This document shows positions 25,077-37,416 of a stretch of DNA of 64,000 nucleotides, piece after piece. Position numbers and translations under genes: made by a program. The stretch is from Veleropilina oligotropha. Its lineage: Eukaryota. The stretch is from assembly GCA_048128005.1 (NCBI GenBank), contig JBEUKZ010000082.1, positions 62,001 through 126,000 of the forward strand. Direction: 5' to 3'. Each line of letters starts with the position of its first letter. Position 1 is the stretch's first letter. Below the pieces are notes generated by a model that made no database searches, was not told the DNA's origin, and worked only from the letters and a program-made list of their open reading frames with translations.

Positions 25077-28000
25077 TCATCGACATACGCACCAGCATAT
25101 GTTATGTTTTTGCAGATAATATGATTTGTTATACGATCTGTTACAAACTTTGCAATAGCGAAACTTCACTCCTGTGTGAATTTTCATATGATTAAGCAAC
25201 ATGTCCGAATGTACGAACGCTCTGTCACACACGCCACACACAAAGCGCTTGAATGACGACGCGTGCACCTGCATATGTCGTCGCATGTTGCCAGCTCTGT
25301 TGAACGACCTTTTACAAATGTTGCAATAGCGTAACTTCACTCCTGTGTGTAGTTTCATATGTCGCGGTAGAGAAATGCTTGTTACCGATTTGCCGCACAC
25401 GCTGCATTTGCACCTCTTTTTCGACGTGTGGGTTGGCAGATGCTTGTCTAATTCGCTTTCCAGAGAAAACGATTCATCGCACAATTTGCACATGTGCATA
25501 ATTTTCACACCGTGAGATATACGATGCTCATTCATTTCGCAGATTTGTGAAAATGATTCCTCGCACAAATCACACCTGTGATCTTTTGCACCTGTGTGTG
25601 TTAACTTGTGTTCACGCAAACTTTCATCTTGCGAAAACAGCGCATTACACTCCGAACATCGATGAACCTTTTCCCCAATGTGTGAAGTCATGTGATCATG
25701 CAGTTTATCGGATTGGGGAAACAACTTGCCGCAAATCTGGCACTGGTATGCTGTCTGGCCGATGTGGCTCCGTACGTGTGCTTGCAGTTCATCTGGACAT
25801 GAAAATGATTCGCCACAAACAGCGCATTTCTTGGCATCCATTTTCACATGCACGACTTTAGGAAGACTGGTCGATAGCTTTGATAATTCCTTTTTGCGCT
25901 CATTTCTGTTCCCTCGTTTTTTTCCAATAAGTTTTGTCGAATTTCCTTCCTTGGTCTTTCGCATGTGAGTTAACATATGCTCTCGGAGTTCACTCGGCAA
26001 CGGAAACGATTCTTTGCAAAAACTACAATTATGCAACTTTTCCCCAGCATGCGAAAGCTTATGCATACATAGTTCGTCAACCGTGGAAAAGGATTTATCA
26101 CAGATGGTGCAGACATGTGTCTCGTCATTACTGTGTGCCAACATATGCGCTCGCTGATTGCTCTCATCTTCAAAGGATTTCTCACAGACGATACACCTGT
26201 ATTTCGTTCTACTATGGAGAATCATGTGGTTCTGAAGATGTTCCGACGATGAAAAAGATTTTCCACATAATCCGCACATGTACGGATTTTCCTCAGTGTG
26301 CTCTAACATGTGTTCTTGCAGATCGGTTGACGTGGACACAAACTTCTTGCAAGCTACGCACCACAGCATCTTCTCTGAGTTGTGCGTTTGCATGTGTTTA
26401 TGAACCATGGGCATGGTGGCAAACGATTTCTTGCAGAGTTCGCAGTGGTGAACTTTCTGACCAGCATGTTTGAGCATATGCGTACAAAGATCTTTAACTT
26501 TGGTAAACGGCCTGCCGCACTCACTGCAAACGTACACCTTTTTGACAATGTGCGTCGACATGTGTTCACGGATGTTTTCTCCTCTCGATAGCGATTTGTT
26601 ACAAAAACTGCATTGAATTACCTTCTCCCCGGAATGGGACATACTATGTTTGCGAAGCGTTCCATACAAAGAAAAGGATTTTCCACACAAACTACATTTG
26701 TGTTCCTTCGTTGTTGCATGCTCTTTCATGTGATTGAAAAGAAGCTTCATTGATGAAAATGATATTTTGCACACGTTACAACGATGTTTCTTCTTCCAGT
26801 CATTTTCGCCATAACTGTGCGTGTTCATATGCTTGATAAGCAGGCTTTTGTAGGCATATGATTTATGACACAATTTGCAGCGAGGTACTTTTTTCTCACT
26901 GTGCATCAGCAAATGCTTTTCATAATTGACGATGCGCGAAAAAGACTTTTCACACATATTACATTTCAGCGGATTTGTTCTCGTGCGACTCAACATATGT
27001 TCTTGCAGATCGTATGCATGCAAAAACAATTTCTTACACACAGTACATGGGTGCGCTGTCGCTCCTACGTGAATTTGAACATGTGCGGAAAGACCAACTT
27101 GGCTGGTTAATATCTTGTTACACAAAGTACATTTAAAAATTGTCTTCGAATCCATTTCACTTCCCAGAGAAGTTGGTTTCTCGACGACTCCAATTTGGTC
27201 ATGGGTTTGTGTCGTGTGAGTGAGAATGTGCTTGCGAAGTTCGCTTGCATTAAAATAAGATTTGTCGCACAAACGGCACCTCTGCAGGTCACAACCGTCG
27301 TGATGCACCATGTGTGTGCGGAAATCGTCTGGTTGCGTAAATGACTCGTTGCACAAAGGGCACTGGAGAGCCTCTCGCGCCACGTGTGTCAACATATGAG
27401 CACACAAATTACTGATTTGTGAAAAAGATTTATCGCACACGTTACATTTATGGGGCTTTGCCACATTGTCACTGGTCATCCGGATGTCTTCATTACTGTT
27501 TTCGGTTTCATTAATATTGTGTATTGCCGTCTGTGTGGTTTGATTAACCGTCTGTTGCTCCGACGTTTTGTAGCTTGATGCACACAGGGGGCTTTTCTCG
27601 AGGGCGTGACTCACCATGTGTCTATGAAGCCCCTTCACACCCGGTAGCATTTTGCCACACATTTTGCACTTAATGAACTTCTCTCCGTTGTGCGTTTCCT
27701 TGTGCCGTTTGAGACTACTGTTGCTTGATAGCATCAAGTCGCACACGTCACACTTCACTCTAAACCTCCCCGTGTGCGACGCCTTGTGTTTATACAGGGC
27801 ATTGACGCTAGACACAACCTTGTCGCAGACGTTACAACTGTGCAGCTTCTGTCCATGTTTCAACGACATGTGAGATCTGAAGTATTCGATTTGCAAATAC
27901 GATTCATTGCAAGCTCCGCACCGAAAGATTTTTTGACGCGTGTGGATTAAACGATGCTTAACTAAATTAAAGTTGCTTGAAAACCATTTGTTACACACGT

Positions 28001-28772
28001 CGCACTGACACGCATTTTCTGCTGTATGTACTGCCTTGTGTTTTTTAAGACTCTCGTGCATGGAAAAGGATTTCCCGCAAATGTTGCACTTATATTCTTT
28101 CATTGTTGAGTGCATTTTTAATGTATGTTTCCGAAGTTTATGCATCGTTGGAAAGCCTTTACTGCAAAAGACGCAATGATTTATTTTCTCTATCGACTCG
28201 TGCGCGGTTAAGGTGTGCACATGAAGTGTTGCTATATCCGCGAACGACTTTTGACATAAATTACACCTGTGTGGCATTTCGTCAGCGTGACTCTTTCGTA
28301 TATGAATACGGAGCTCGAGTAAGTTCTCAAATGGCAATTGGCATAAGGTACATTGGATTTTATTGGCTTTACCGTGGTGAGATAACATGTGCTGGTGAAG
28401 AATCTGTGACTGAGAAAATGATTCCTCGCACACTATGCACTGATGCAACCTCTCCCCATGCTGATGAAACAAATGCTGTGAGAGGTTGCTAGTACTCGAC
28501 AAGCTCTTCATGCAAACTTTGCACTGGAATGCGTTGTCCACCCAGTGGCACTCCAATTTGTGCTTACGAAATGCGCTCTCCAAGAAAAATGATATATCAC
28601 ATTCTGAACAATGATGAGGCTTCGCACCCTGTTGGGCAAATAAATTCAAACAAACTTGATCGTTCAACAAAACTATATCACCGTTCTCCAGTTTTTCCTC
28701 AGTAACTTCTTCACCACCTAAAATGCACTGAACTGCTTCGTCAAGGATATGGGTTTCACTTTGATCGGCCAT
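25077..28772 (-). CDS. Multi-C2H2 zinc-finger protein, paralog B (1231 aa, about 38 fingers)
   Basis: Long ORF of C2H2 repeats, collinear with paralog A. ATG context is GTCATGGCC. A homologous splice acceptor lies at 28927. Confidence 0.95.
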   Translation of the reverse strand: MADQSETHILDEAVQCILGGEEVTEEKLENGDIVLLNDQVCLNLFAQQGAKPHHCSECDISFFLESAFRKHKLECHWVDNAFQCKVCMKSLSSTSNLSQHLFHQHGERLHQCIVCEESFSQSQILHQHMLSHHGKANKIQCTLCQLPFENLLELRIHIRKSHADEMPHRCNLCQKSFADIATLHVHTLTAHESIEKINHCVFCSKGFPTMHKLRKHTLKMHSTMKEYKCNICGKSFSMHESLKKHKAVHTAENACQCDVCNKWFSSNFNLVKHRLIHTRQKIFRCGACNESYLQIEYFRSHMSLKHGQKLHSCNVCDKVVSSVNALYKHKASHTGRFRVKCDVCDLMLSSNSSLKRHKETHNGEKFIKCKMCGKMLPGVKGLHRHMVSHALEKSPLCASSYKTSEQQTVNQTTQTAIHNINETENSNEDIRMTSDNVAKPHKCNVCDKSFSQISNLCAHMLTHVAREALQCPLCNESFTQPDDFRTHMVHHDGCDLQRCRLCDKSYFNASELRKHILTHTTQTHDQIGVVEKPTSLGSEMDSKTIFKCTLCNKILTSQVGLSAHVQIHVGATAHPCTVCKKLFLHAYDLQEHMLSRTRTNPLKCNMCEKSFSRIVNYEKHLLMHSEKKVPRCKLCHKSYAYKSLLIKHMNTHSYGENDWKKKHRCNVCKISFSSMKLLFNHMKEHATTKEHKCSLCGKSFSLYGTLRKHSMSHSGEKVIQCSFCNKSLSRGENIREHMSTHIVKKVYVCSECGRPFTKVKDLCTHMLKHAGQKVHHCELCKKSFATMPMVHKHMQTHNSEKMLWCVACKKFVSTSTDLQEHMLEHTEENPYMCGLCGKSFSSSEHLQNHMILHSRTKYRCIVCEKSFEDESNQRAHMLAHSNDETHVCTICDKSFSTVDELCMHKLSHAGEKLHNCSFCKESFPLPSELREHMLTHMRKTKEGNSTKLIGKKRGNRNERKKELSKLSTSLPKVVHVKMDAKKCAVCGESFSCPDELQAHVRSHIGQTAYQCQICGKLFPQSDKLHDHMTSHIGEKVHRCSECNALFSQDESLREHKLTHTGAKDHRCDLCEESFSQICEMNEHRISHGVKIMHMCKLCDESFSLESELDKHLPTHTSKKRCKCSVCGKSVTSISLPRHMKLHTGVKLRYCNICKRSFNRAGNMRRHMQVHASSFKRFVCGVCDRAFVHSDMLLNHMKIHTGVKFRYCKVCNRSYNKSYYLQKHNICWCVCR

Positions 28773-31700
28773 GACAACATATGATCTGCACCAGAAATTA
28801 TTTGTGTTCCTTAAGAGTGAAGTGACTTGTTTATTTTCCCATGTTATAAAATGTCGCTCTCAATAGTCTTTCCATTTCTGATGAGGTTTTGACAAGCACA
28901 TCCTTGGATGTATCATATTGTGGAAACTGAAAGTAAAAAGAAGAACAATTAAAGACAATAAAACAAAATTCTTAACAATAAACATAGGAAAAAATAGAAA
29001 CAAACATCATTATTATCATGAACCCATGGCTCACAAAATATCTATAAAAGCTTACCGTACTTTCCTGTTTTTATTAAAAAATTAATTTAGCCAAATATAT
29101 ATGATCCTTAGGACATTTCGGACAATTCCACTTTGTGGATTTTGTTGTTGAAAATTGAAGTGGTGTAAATAACAATTTCATGAGTTCTAACACATTATGC
29201 GTGTTCTCCCTGGCATGCGTGTTCTCCCTGGGCACCTATAAAGTGGCACATCCTATGACCCCTCCCTGCATCTTTCCACACCTTTAAAAAATGACCGCCA
29301 CATTTCATATATGTTGACCCCATAAAAGCCATAATAATTAATATGTATATAATATATATATATGCATACATACATACATAGTTATTAAATACATGCATAG
29401 ATACATGCATAGATACATACATGTATATATACACACGCACGCGCGCGCGAACACTCCGCGGCATAATTCCCCCCCATCTTATAATTTCAATATGGGAAGA
29501 ACCCTGACCTTGGTTTATTAACCGAAAATCTCATGTCACATTAGTCACAAAATTTAGAAGAATTATATATTCAACAATCATTTAGAAATGAAATTAGTGG
29601 ATTTGATTTATGCTTAATTTCCCATTTTACCACCATTCCGAGTCTTATCACGAAATGTAAATATTATCGCGTGATGAGGGCCATAAAAATCATACTGCCT
29701 ATTGCACAAAGAGCGCAGCCAAAGATTAGAACCCTCCCCTGTTAATCAAGGCATTAACAGTAGTGTAGGTATAAAATTAAAATTATTAGTCATAACTATA
29801 TGTCATGCTGTCACACCAGTATTACATGACCGACAGCATAAAATATACATGTATATATTTTACAAAATTATAACTAAATGCTTATAAATTATGTACATGT
29901 ATGGTTTGCATTTCACTTTTCGCAAACAAATTGAAAAGGCAGACATACATGTTTGACCAGTCTGTTGTCATTTAAATTTTTTATCGAGACAATTTCTTCA
30001 AATGTTGTAATCTTCAACTTCATTGTTTCAAAGATACATGAAAAGAAGATGAAATAAGCCTAATCACAGTTTTTACAGACATCAACAATCGGTCACTCAT
30101 GACAGCATATGTATGCACCCGGCAAATCCAAGATGGTGGCCATCTTGGAGGTCAGAACACTCCCTAAATCTATAGATCTGTGTCGTGTCTTCACTCCAAT
30201 TAATGTACATACCAAATTTGAATACATTCCATAATCAGGAATGACCTGTCTAGAGCGATCACGAGGATTATCTCGGTGGCGGACACGGCATAACAGACGC
30301 TAAACCATAGTATCCCATGCAAGTTAGTTATTGGGGGATCTAATATAACAAGATTGCTTTTTACATGTCAGTTTCTTTATGAAATATTTATGACAATCCG
30401 AGTTGAAGTCTTAGAACTTCTTTTTACAGAATGAATTATTTCCAAAATTCTTTTACTTTTCATGTTTCTCACAAGGGTCAGAACTTTTAGAACTCGGTGA
30501 AATTTTGAACGATATCTGTCATATTGAATAGGCTTCTTCCTTGTCCCATCGTTAACCCAGCCAGCAAGTTTTAACCTGAAACGACGTAAAGTTTTGAGTT
30601 ATTTTGCAGGCACTAAATTTTTTACATTGTTAAACAATTAAGAACAGAAAATCTGAACTATAATATTGAATGGCGGGGCTTGAAATAGGCCTAGTTTTAC
30701 TGGTTCATTACCACTAATATTGTAGAAGTCCAGTCAATTTTAACACCTAGTGGTCTAGTGGACCCTTGATTTTACCAGACATGTTAACTATTAATTGTTA
30801 CCACACACATTAGGTAATTGTATAGTTATTGTGTAGCCTAAATGTATGTATGCTGTTGATCATTACTGTATGACCAGTGAATTGAAAATATGACCAGTGT
30901 TTAAAATATCTGGTGGTAGGGTTCATTGGACCAGTGGTTTTAAATTTGTATTAAATTGTGTAGACCTAAACAGTATAGTGAAAATGAAGACAAGTTTCTT
31001 CCTTACAACAGTACAAGTCCCCTAGTCAAACCATGACAACAAGTTTTTTATTACAAATATTGTATTTTTTAGTAATCCTGAAGTAAGGGAACTCAATTTC
31101 TTAACGTTTTCGAACATGTGCCAGATGTTTTGGTCAAAATGAATGTTTCTTCTTTGGTTCATGGTTATACCACACAGCAATTTTCATTAACAACAAGTGA
31201 TTGCCACTAAGTGGCGATTGTCCCCGCCCATATTATTGACCACATATATTTTGCCCCCCCCCCCCCCCTGTGTAATCAGTAACTCAATGAGAAATCATTA
31301 ATTAAGCAAGATTTCCAGCCTCCAGAGGCTACAGAGATAGATATGCACCCAGAGACTAAGTGTAAATACTTAAGTAAATTAAATAATTATCATTATTCGA
31401 ACTTGATCCATCCCATTATCACATTGCGGTTAGTTGGTCTGTGAAGTTTCAGAAAGCTAACATTTTTTTAAATGGAAAATTTAGTAGGGAGAAAATTGAT
31501 AAATTTCATACATGCAGAGACTATGTTTTAAATCAGCAAAATTCAGCATTAAATCAAGTCTTGAAGGTTTAACAGGTTAACAAAATCACATAAAGCATGT
31601 TTCAAATAAATGCATAGCAAGGAGTGACTAAAACATATACTTTGTAACTGGAAATTAGTCATATCTTGAGATTAAAGTAGAAAAACATTTTCTTTAACAC

Positions 31701-31952
31701 AAAAGTAAACAACTTAAAAAACTACCCTTTTGTCCCCAAAATACTTTTCAGTAAAAGGCTTAATTTATAATTATGTACTTGGTTGGTTGGTCATATAATC
31801 CAATAAAATAAAAGTAGAATATATCTGATATAACTACTTACCCTGACAGCAAATGTGATTATCATCTAAACATTTTTTTTAACGCAAAGTTAATATAAAG
31901 TATGTTTCAACCAAAAAATAACTCCATAATATACCTACTACCATTAATACTG

Positions 31953-33170
31953 CAGGCCTGCACAAATTGCGCGAAAGATCATTCAGCTCGCCTGAAGCTC
32001 GCGCAAATGCAATGTTGCGTAACCCAATTTTCGTTTATCGCAAAATTTCAGTTTATTCAATTCAATAGATATTTACCTTGTCACGTAACGAATGTTGATA
32101 TGGCTGAACCTGCAATACACTACTTTTAAAATTGTATAAACAAAGCATGTCAAAGAATCTAGTTGCGTGCAACTTCGAAAAGTTCTGAATTCTGACCCCG
32201 CAGAACATGTGCTACGGGGTTCACATATTATATGACATACTTGTGTCCCTGGATTATTCTAAAAATAGTAACTGGGAATTCCCAGTTTTCTGCAACAACC
32301 AAAACTGTCGGCTTTACGGTGCTTCAGAGATATTTTATTTTACAAGACATGTCGGACATTATTGAATACGATGTACTTCTCACTAAATTCATTAAAATAT
32401 TACATTATTATAACACAATAATGGTATTGCTTTTATAAAAATAAAAAATTTGGTCTATATTTAAATGTACATAATATATTTATACTGCAACATTTTCCAT
32501 GTTACTGTTACCTCAATACTGGACAAGTGAAAACTCGCAATCAGTGGTGACACTTGGATCAATTATAAAATTGAGATAAAAATTAAGAAATTAAATTTGA
32601 ATCTAAAATTTTATTTGAAGTTTCTTTAACCCATTTTAAAAAATAAATAATTATTAATAAAAACTACATCAATTATACAATTTATTACCAACAATATTAG
32701 CAATATTATATTATATATACTGGTATAAAGTATTATTAATGAATTGAATAAGTTTCGTATAAAAAGGGTTATATGCCGTCGTGGCTTGTTCACAGGACTC
32801 TGGTCACAGAGTCTCGAGTTCGCCCCCAAAGCTCGGCGATTTCACTTGGGCAAGGAAATAAGCATATATTTGCCTCGGTCCACCCAGCCGATCTAAATGG
32901 GTACCTGGTTGGCAGTTATGTAAGTCACGGCGCTATCCGCGTGTAAATGACTGTAATGCTCCCAGAGGGAGTTGAGATGGCATATCGAATGGAACAGGCC
33001 CATAACCAGGGGTAATAATGTTCAGCGCATTGAGACACTAGCGTAATAATGCGCTATATAAGACCGGAGTATTATTATTATTATTATTACCCAAATAAAA
33101 TGGGTTACGCAACTACTATTTGGCATAACCCACAAACGGGCTACGCAAAAATTCAATTTGTTCAGGCCTG
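31953..33170. mobile_element. hAT-like MITE containing a nested SINE
   Basis: TIR CAGGCCTG(C/A)ACAAATT at both ends. No clear TSD. Confidence 0.7.
32775..33088 (+). mobile_element. SINE with a tRNA-like head, CORE-like centre and L2-type tail
   Basis: GAGTTCG B-box-like motif; TTGGGCAAG...GCCTCGGTCCACCCAGC...AAATGGGTAC centre; AGCGC...GCGCT stem followed by (TAT)n. Confidence 0.75.
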
Positions 33171-33774
33171 AATAGCATAGTAAGGAGTGACCTACACATA
33201 AACTTACCAGAAATTAGAGTTATTGCTTGAGATGAAATCTAATAGAAAAACTTCACAAAAACATTTTCCTTAACACAAAAGTAAATCAAGTTAACCAACT
33301 ACATTTTTATCCCCAAAATACGTTTCCGGTAACAGGCTTAATTTTTTATAATTAGTACTTGGTTGGTAGGTAATATAATCCAATAAAGTTCTTCGAACAG
33401 GCGAGCTAAAAAGTAGTTGTGAGAAAATTGACAACATCCATGTTTCCAGAGACTAAGTTCAAAATTGGCGAAAGGTCGCCAAAATCCCAGAAGTTTTCAA
33501 AATACATGTCCAATATTCGAACTTGATCTACCCAATGATGTGGTTAGTTCACTGTAAAGTTTCGGAAAGCTCGCATTTCTCTAAATGGCAAAAAAAGATG
33601 TGATTAAATCCGGGACGGAGGGATGCATATACAATGTCCCCCGTCCACCCGATAGGCGGCGGTGGACAATGACAAAGAATGGTTTAGTTATAATGCAGAT
33701 GCGAAGAAACAGACGAACGCATATGGCCATATGATATAAAGTACAAGTTACTTTGCGAAAACTGAATCATGTTA

Positions 33775-33946
33775 CAGGGCCGTAGCCTGGCCTAATTATC
33801 ACGGAGGGGGGAAGTAACTGAAAATATATTTCTATTATCCGATCACAGAGTGTCGAAGGCGCAAACTGATCCAGGGGGGTATGCCCATAATTTATTTTTG
33901 GAGCAGTTACCCCCCGACACCCCCACCCCCGCAGGCTACGGCCCTG
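33775..33946. mobile_element. 172-bp MITE
   Basis: 15-bp TIR CAGGGCCGTAGCCTG; near-TSD TGTTA/TGTTC. Confidence 0.8.
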
Positions 33947-34149
33947 TGTTCTAAGATAAGCTTAATAAATTAAAAAAAAAATTATGGAAGTTTTATATTT
34001 ACCCTATATCTTTGTTCAGAATCTTCACGTCTTCTGATGTTGATGTTATTTGATGTTTCCTTTAGTTGTTCTGTTACCACCAACAGAGGGTGAAACATCT
34101 CACGTTTGATAAATCATGTTCCAGGTGTCATCGCAGTCATTCATGTCAC

Positions 34150-34260
34150 GTCGCCGGTAGATCACATCAAATGTCCGTCATCGGAGTTCTATCATTGCAT
34201 TTGACCAATGCGTCGCGCTGTGTGTTGATTGCCATTGGCTAGTAGACGTGAAAATTCCGA
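34150..34260 (-). promoter_or_regulatory. Candidate promoter for the zinc-finger gene(s)
   Basis: CpG-containing unique sequence with CCAAT (34205) and ATTGG (34234), followed on the - strand by an AGG|GTAAAT donor at 34003/34002. Confidence 0.3.
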
Positions 34261-34607
34261 ACAATGACTCTGGATATGAAGATGTGACAGGCAACAATCT
34301 GTCAATCAGAGATTACAGACCATCATCTCGCTGATAAGACTAAACTTTCTGATATTGAAACCGTTTAAAAGAGTTTGCTGTTTAAAACTTCTTGGCATCA
34401 CGTTCGTCGCTAGCGGATATTACATGATGTTAAGCAAAATATCTAACTTTACAAACTTAAGGTTAACCGGATGCTTAGATATGGCAAGAATAAAATTGAT
34501 GCTTCATGTCCTGTATATTTACAACCTTTAGGTTCAAGATAGGACAATGTCATGTCCATATTATCGTGGGAGGAAAGCATCGTCTCTCAGGGAAACCTGC
34601 TAAGATT

Positions 34608-35454
34608 CAGGGCTAGATTTTTGACGAGAATCCGCGAATCGATTCGCCTGAAGAGTCGCGCATGATGGCAAATGGCGAATCAATTTTGATTCGCGCAAAA
34701 ATATGGATTAAAATTTGTAAAAATAACCTTTTTAATATAATCCGTTGTTAAATTATCGTCCATATAAGCATTTTAATCATAGAACAATTTCCGCACTGCT
34801 CCAACCTCGCAATTCCAACAGTGAAAACCACTTTTTGGTTGTCGTTATTGTAACGTTGTTCTGCTCGATCAATGTCGGTGGTTTCCGTGAACAGGCAGCG
34901 ACCTCTATCACCGTGCTATTTTCGTTCACGGAAACGCAACCGATTTCTATATCCCGAACGAGTACAAGTATTGTCCATGCGGTTTGCATAAAAACCGACT
35001 AAACGTGAGGAAAGTGAATATTTTTTGCGCTGAAAACATGGTAGTTTCCAATTTTCGGCTTTTTATTTCATAATAGAAAACAGCATGTCCGTAAAATCTG
35101 AAAGTATTAGACATTTGTTTAGTTGTTCTATTTATCGCTCAAAAAAGACGACATTCGGTATTTCAGGTTGTGATTGACAGGTCGATAGCCAACGAAAACA
35201 GCCGAAACGATATACGGAAGCTGTGACCAATATATATACATATCATAATCTTTATTCAATATTGTTATATGGCTTCCAAATATTAATCTTTAGATATAAT
35301 ATCACTGGTACATAATGGAAGTCACCAGACAGTATTCATTGACGTTCAATGGAAAAGAGTTATAATTTAGTTATTGGATTCGCCTGGATTCTTGCAATTT
35401 TTTTGGCGAGAACCAACTTAGATTCTCGCGAAATTTTACGAAATTCTATCCCTG
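34608..35454. mobile_element. hAT-like MITE with 6-bp TSD, inserted in a SINE
   Basis: TIRs CAGGGCTAGATTT and AATTCTATCCCTG; TSD AAGATT. Confidence 0.85.
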
Positions 35455-36336
35455 AAGATTTGAACCCACTCCTGTTATTTCGTGCAATGAGCCAGTGATT
35501 TCAGAGTTGGCAATCGAGACCACACGACTACCGGAGCGGCCAGATACAACAATGAAGCTTTATACTGTTTAACACAAAAGAACCAAACCAAAAGCGGAAA
35601 TTGCTTTATAAAAAAAGTTCAACTGTTTGAATCCTGTTTCCTCAAGCAAGTGGCCGCACCCTGGCTCTCCTGGTGGGTATGTCAGAATTAGACATATATA
35701 GGATTAGATCATTTATGTTTATAACGTAATCTAATGTCGTGGGTATGTTATTTTTGCATGATTATATAACAAATTATTTACCATAAATACATTTATATTT
35801 CAATTCAACTATTCAATATTCATTGTGTGTTATTTGAACTCTGCGCATTTGCTCAGCTACATTTCTGAAGGATATATAATGATATTGCCGGTGATGGCAT
35901 CAGATTTAACTAGATACATTATATACAGTAGCAGAAGACAAATTGAATGAACTCCATCTTTATTTACCATCCATGTGGTAACTCCCAGATGTACACTGCG
36001 GCCCAAAGTTAACCATGCTCATAGACACATTATTATTAAGGCAGTAGGAGTTATCTCCCATACATCATATCAATACACTACAATTTCTCCAACCCTTTGG
36101 AGGTGGTGACGGTATGGGTGAAAGAACTCTTTGCACCGTTAATGTGGGTCAATCAACGTCATGTTAAGCTTTAGTAAGTTACTGTTTCATGTTCCTTCGA
36201 TGCATCAACACAATACAAAAGGAAGATAATTTCAAAATGCCACCAGAGGGCAGAAATGAAAATGACTGACAGCTGACAGGATTTCCCTAGTTGTTAGCAC
36301 ATTCTATCAGATACCACAGGAGAGGATTATTGATAA

Positions 36337-37416
36337 ACAAGCGATTGCCACTAAGTGGCGATTGTCCCCCGCCCGTATTATTGACCGCATATATATTTTT
36401 GCACGCTGTGTATCAGTAACTCAATGCGAACTAGAACTGATATCCAGGATAACTAATACCCCCCCTCTCTCCGCCTCATATGTATTATACAAACCATCAG
36501 TATAGAAATTCAGTGAATAGTTGAATACAAAACCACTGCAATAGCAATAGATGGACGGATAGACAGACAAATGGATGGATGACTAGAGGTCAAAACGGCA
36601 AGGTCAAAAGTCATAACTGGAAAATTAGTGACCGTTGCACAACTACATGATGTAGTGATCATGTATGCCAAGTACCGATGAAATATTCCCAGCAGGTTGG
36701 GAGGAGTAGTCTGGACAAGTTAATAACAGACAATGTTTAAAAGTGCAGAGGTCGCTACGACAAGGTCAAAGGGCATACCGTGCAAATTTATCGCCAGTGC
36801 ACAAGTACATGATGTAGTGATCATATATGTCAAGTGTCGAAGAAATATTCCCAGTAGGTTGGGAGGAGTAGTGCGGACAAGTTAATAACAGACAATGTTT
36901 AGAAGTCCAGAGGTCGCTACGACAAGGTCAAAGGTCATACCGGGGAAATTTGTTAACGTTGCACAACTACATGATGTAGTGATCAAGTATGCCAAGTATC
37001 GATGAAATATTCCCAGCAGGTTGGGAGGAGTAGTCCGGACAAGTTAATAACAGACGTTTAAAAGTCCAGAGGTCACTATGTCAAGGTCAAAGGTTATACA
37101 GGGAAAATTTACCGCCGTTGCATAACTACATGATGAAGTGATCATGTATGCCAAGCGTCGATGAAGTATTCCCAGCAGGTTGGGAGGAGTCTGGACAAGT
37201 TAATAACAGAATGTTTAGAAGTCCAGAGGTCGCCACGACAAGGTCAAAGGTCCAACCGGAAAAATTTTGCTCAGGTAACAACTACATGATGTAGTGATCA
37301 TGTAGGCCAAGTGTCGATGAATTCTGCTCAGCAGGTTGGGAGGAATAGTGCGGACGGACAGACAGACAGGGTGATTCCAATATACCCCCCCTAACTTCAT
37401 TACGGGGGGTATAATT
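36337..37416 (-). mobile_element. Helentron/HINE-like element with about 5 tandem units of 156-163 bp
   Basis: Units begin GAGGTC at about 36587, 36750, 36910, 37069 and 37225. There is a (GACA)n microsatellite and a TATACCCCCC...GGGGGGTATA hairpin. The AACAAG.GATTGCCACTAAGTGGCG terminus also occurs at about 31192 and 37578. Confidence 0.8.

Noticed and set aside
15150..28492. Many Cys-rich short ORFs overlapping the ZF genes
   Set aside because: These are antisense or off-frame shadows of C2H2 codon repeats.
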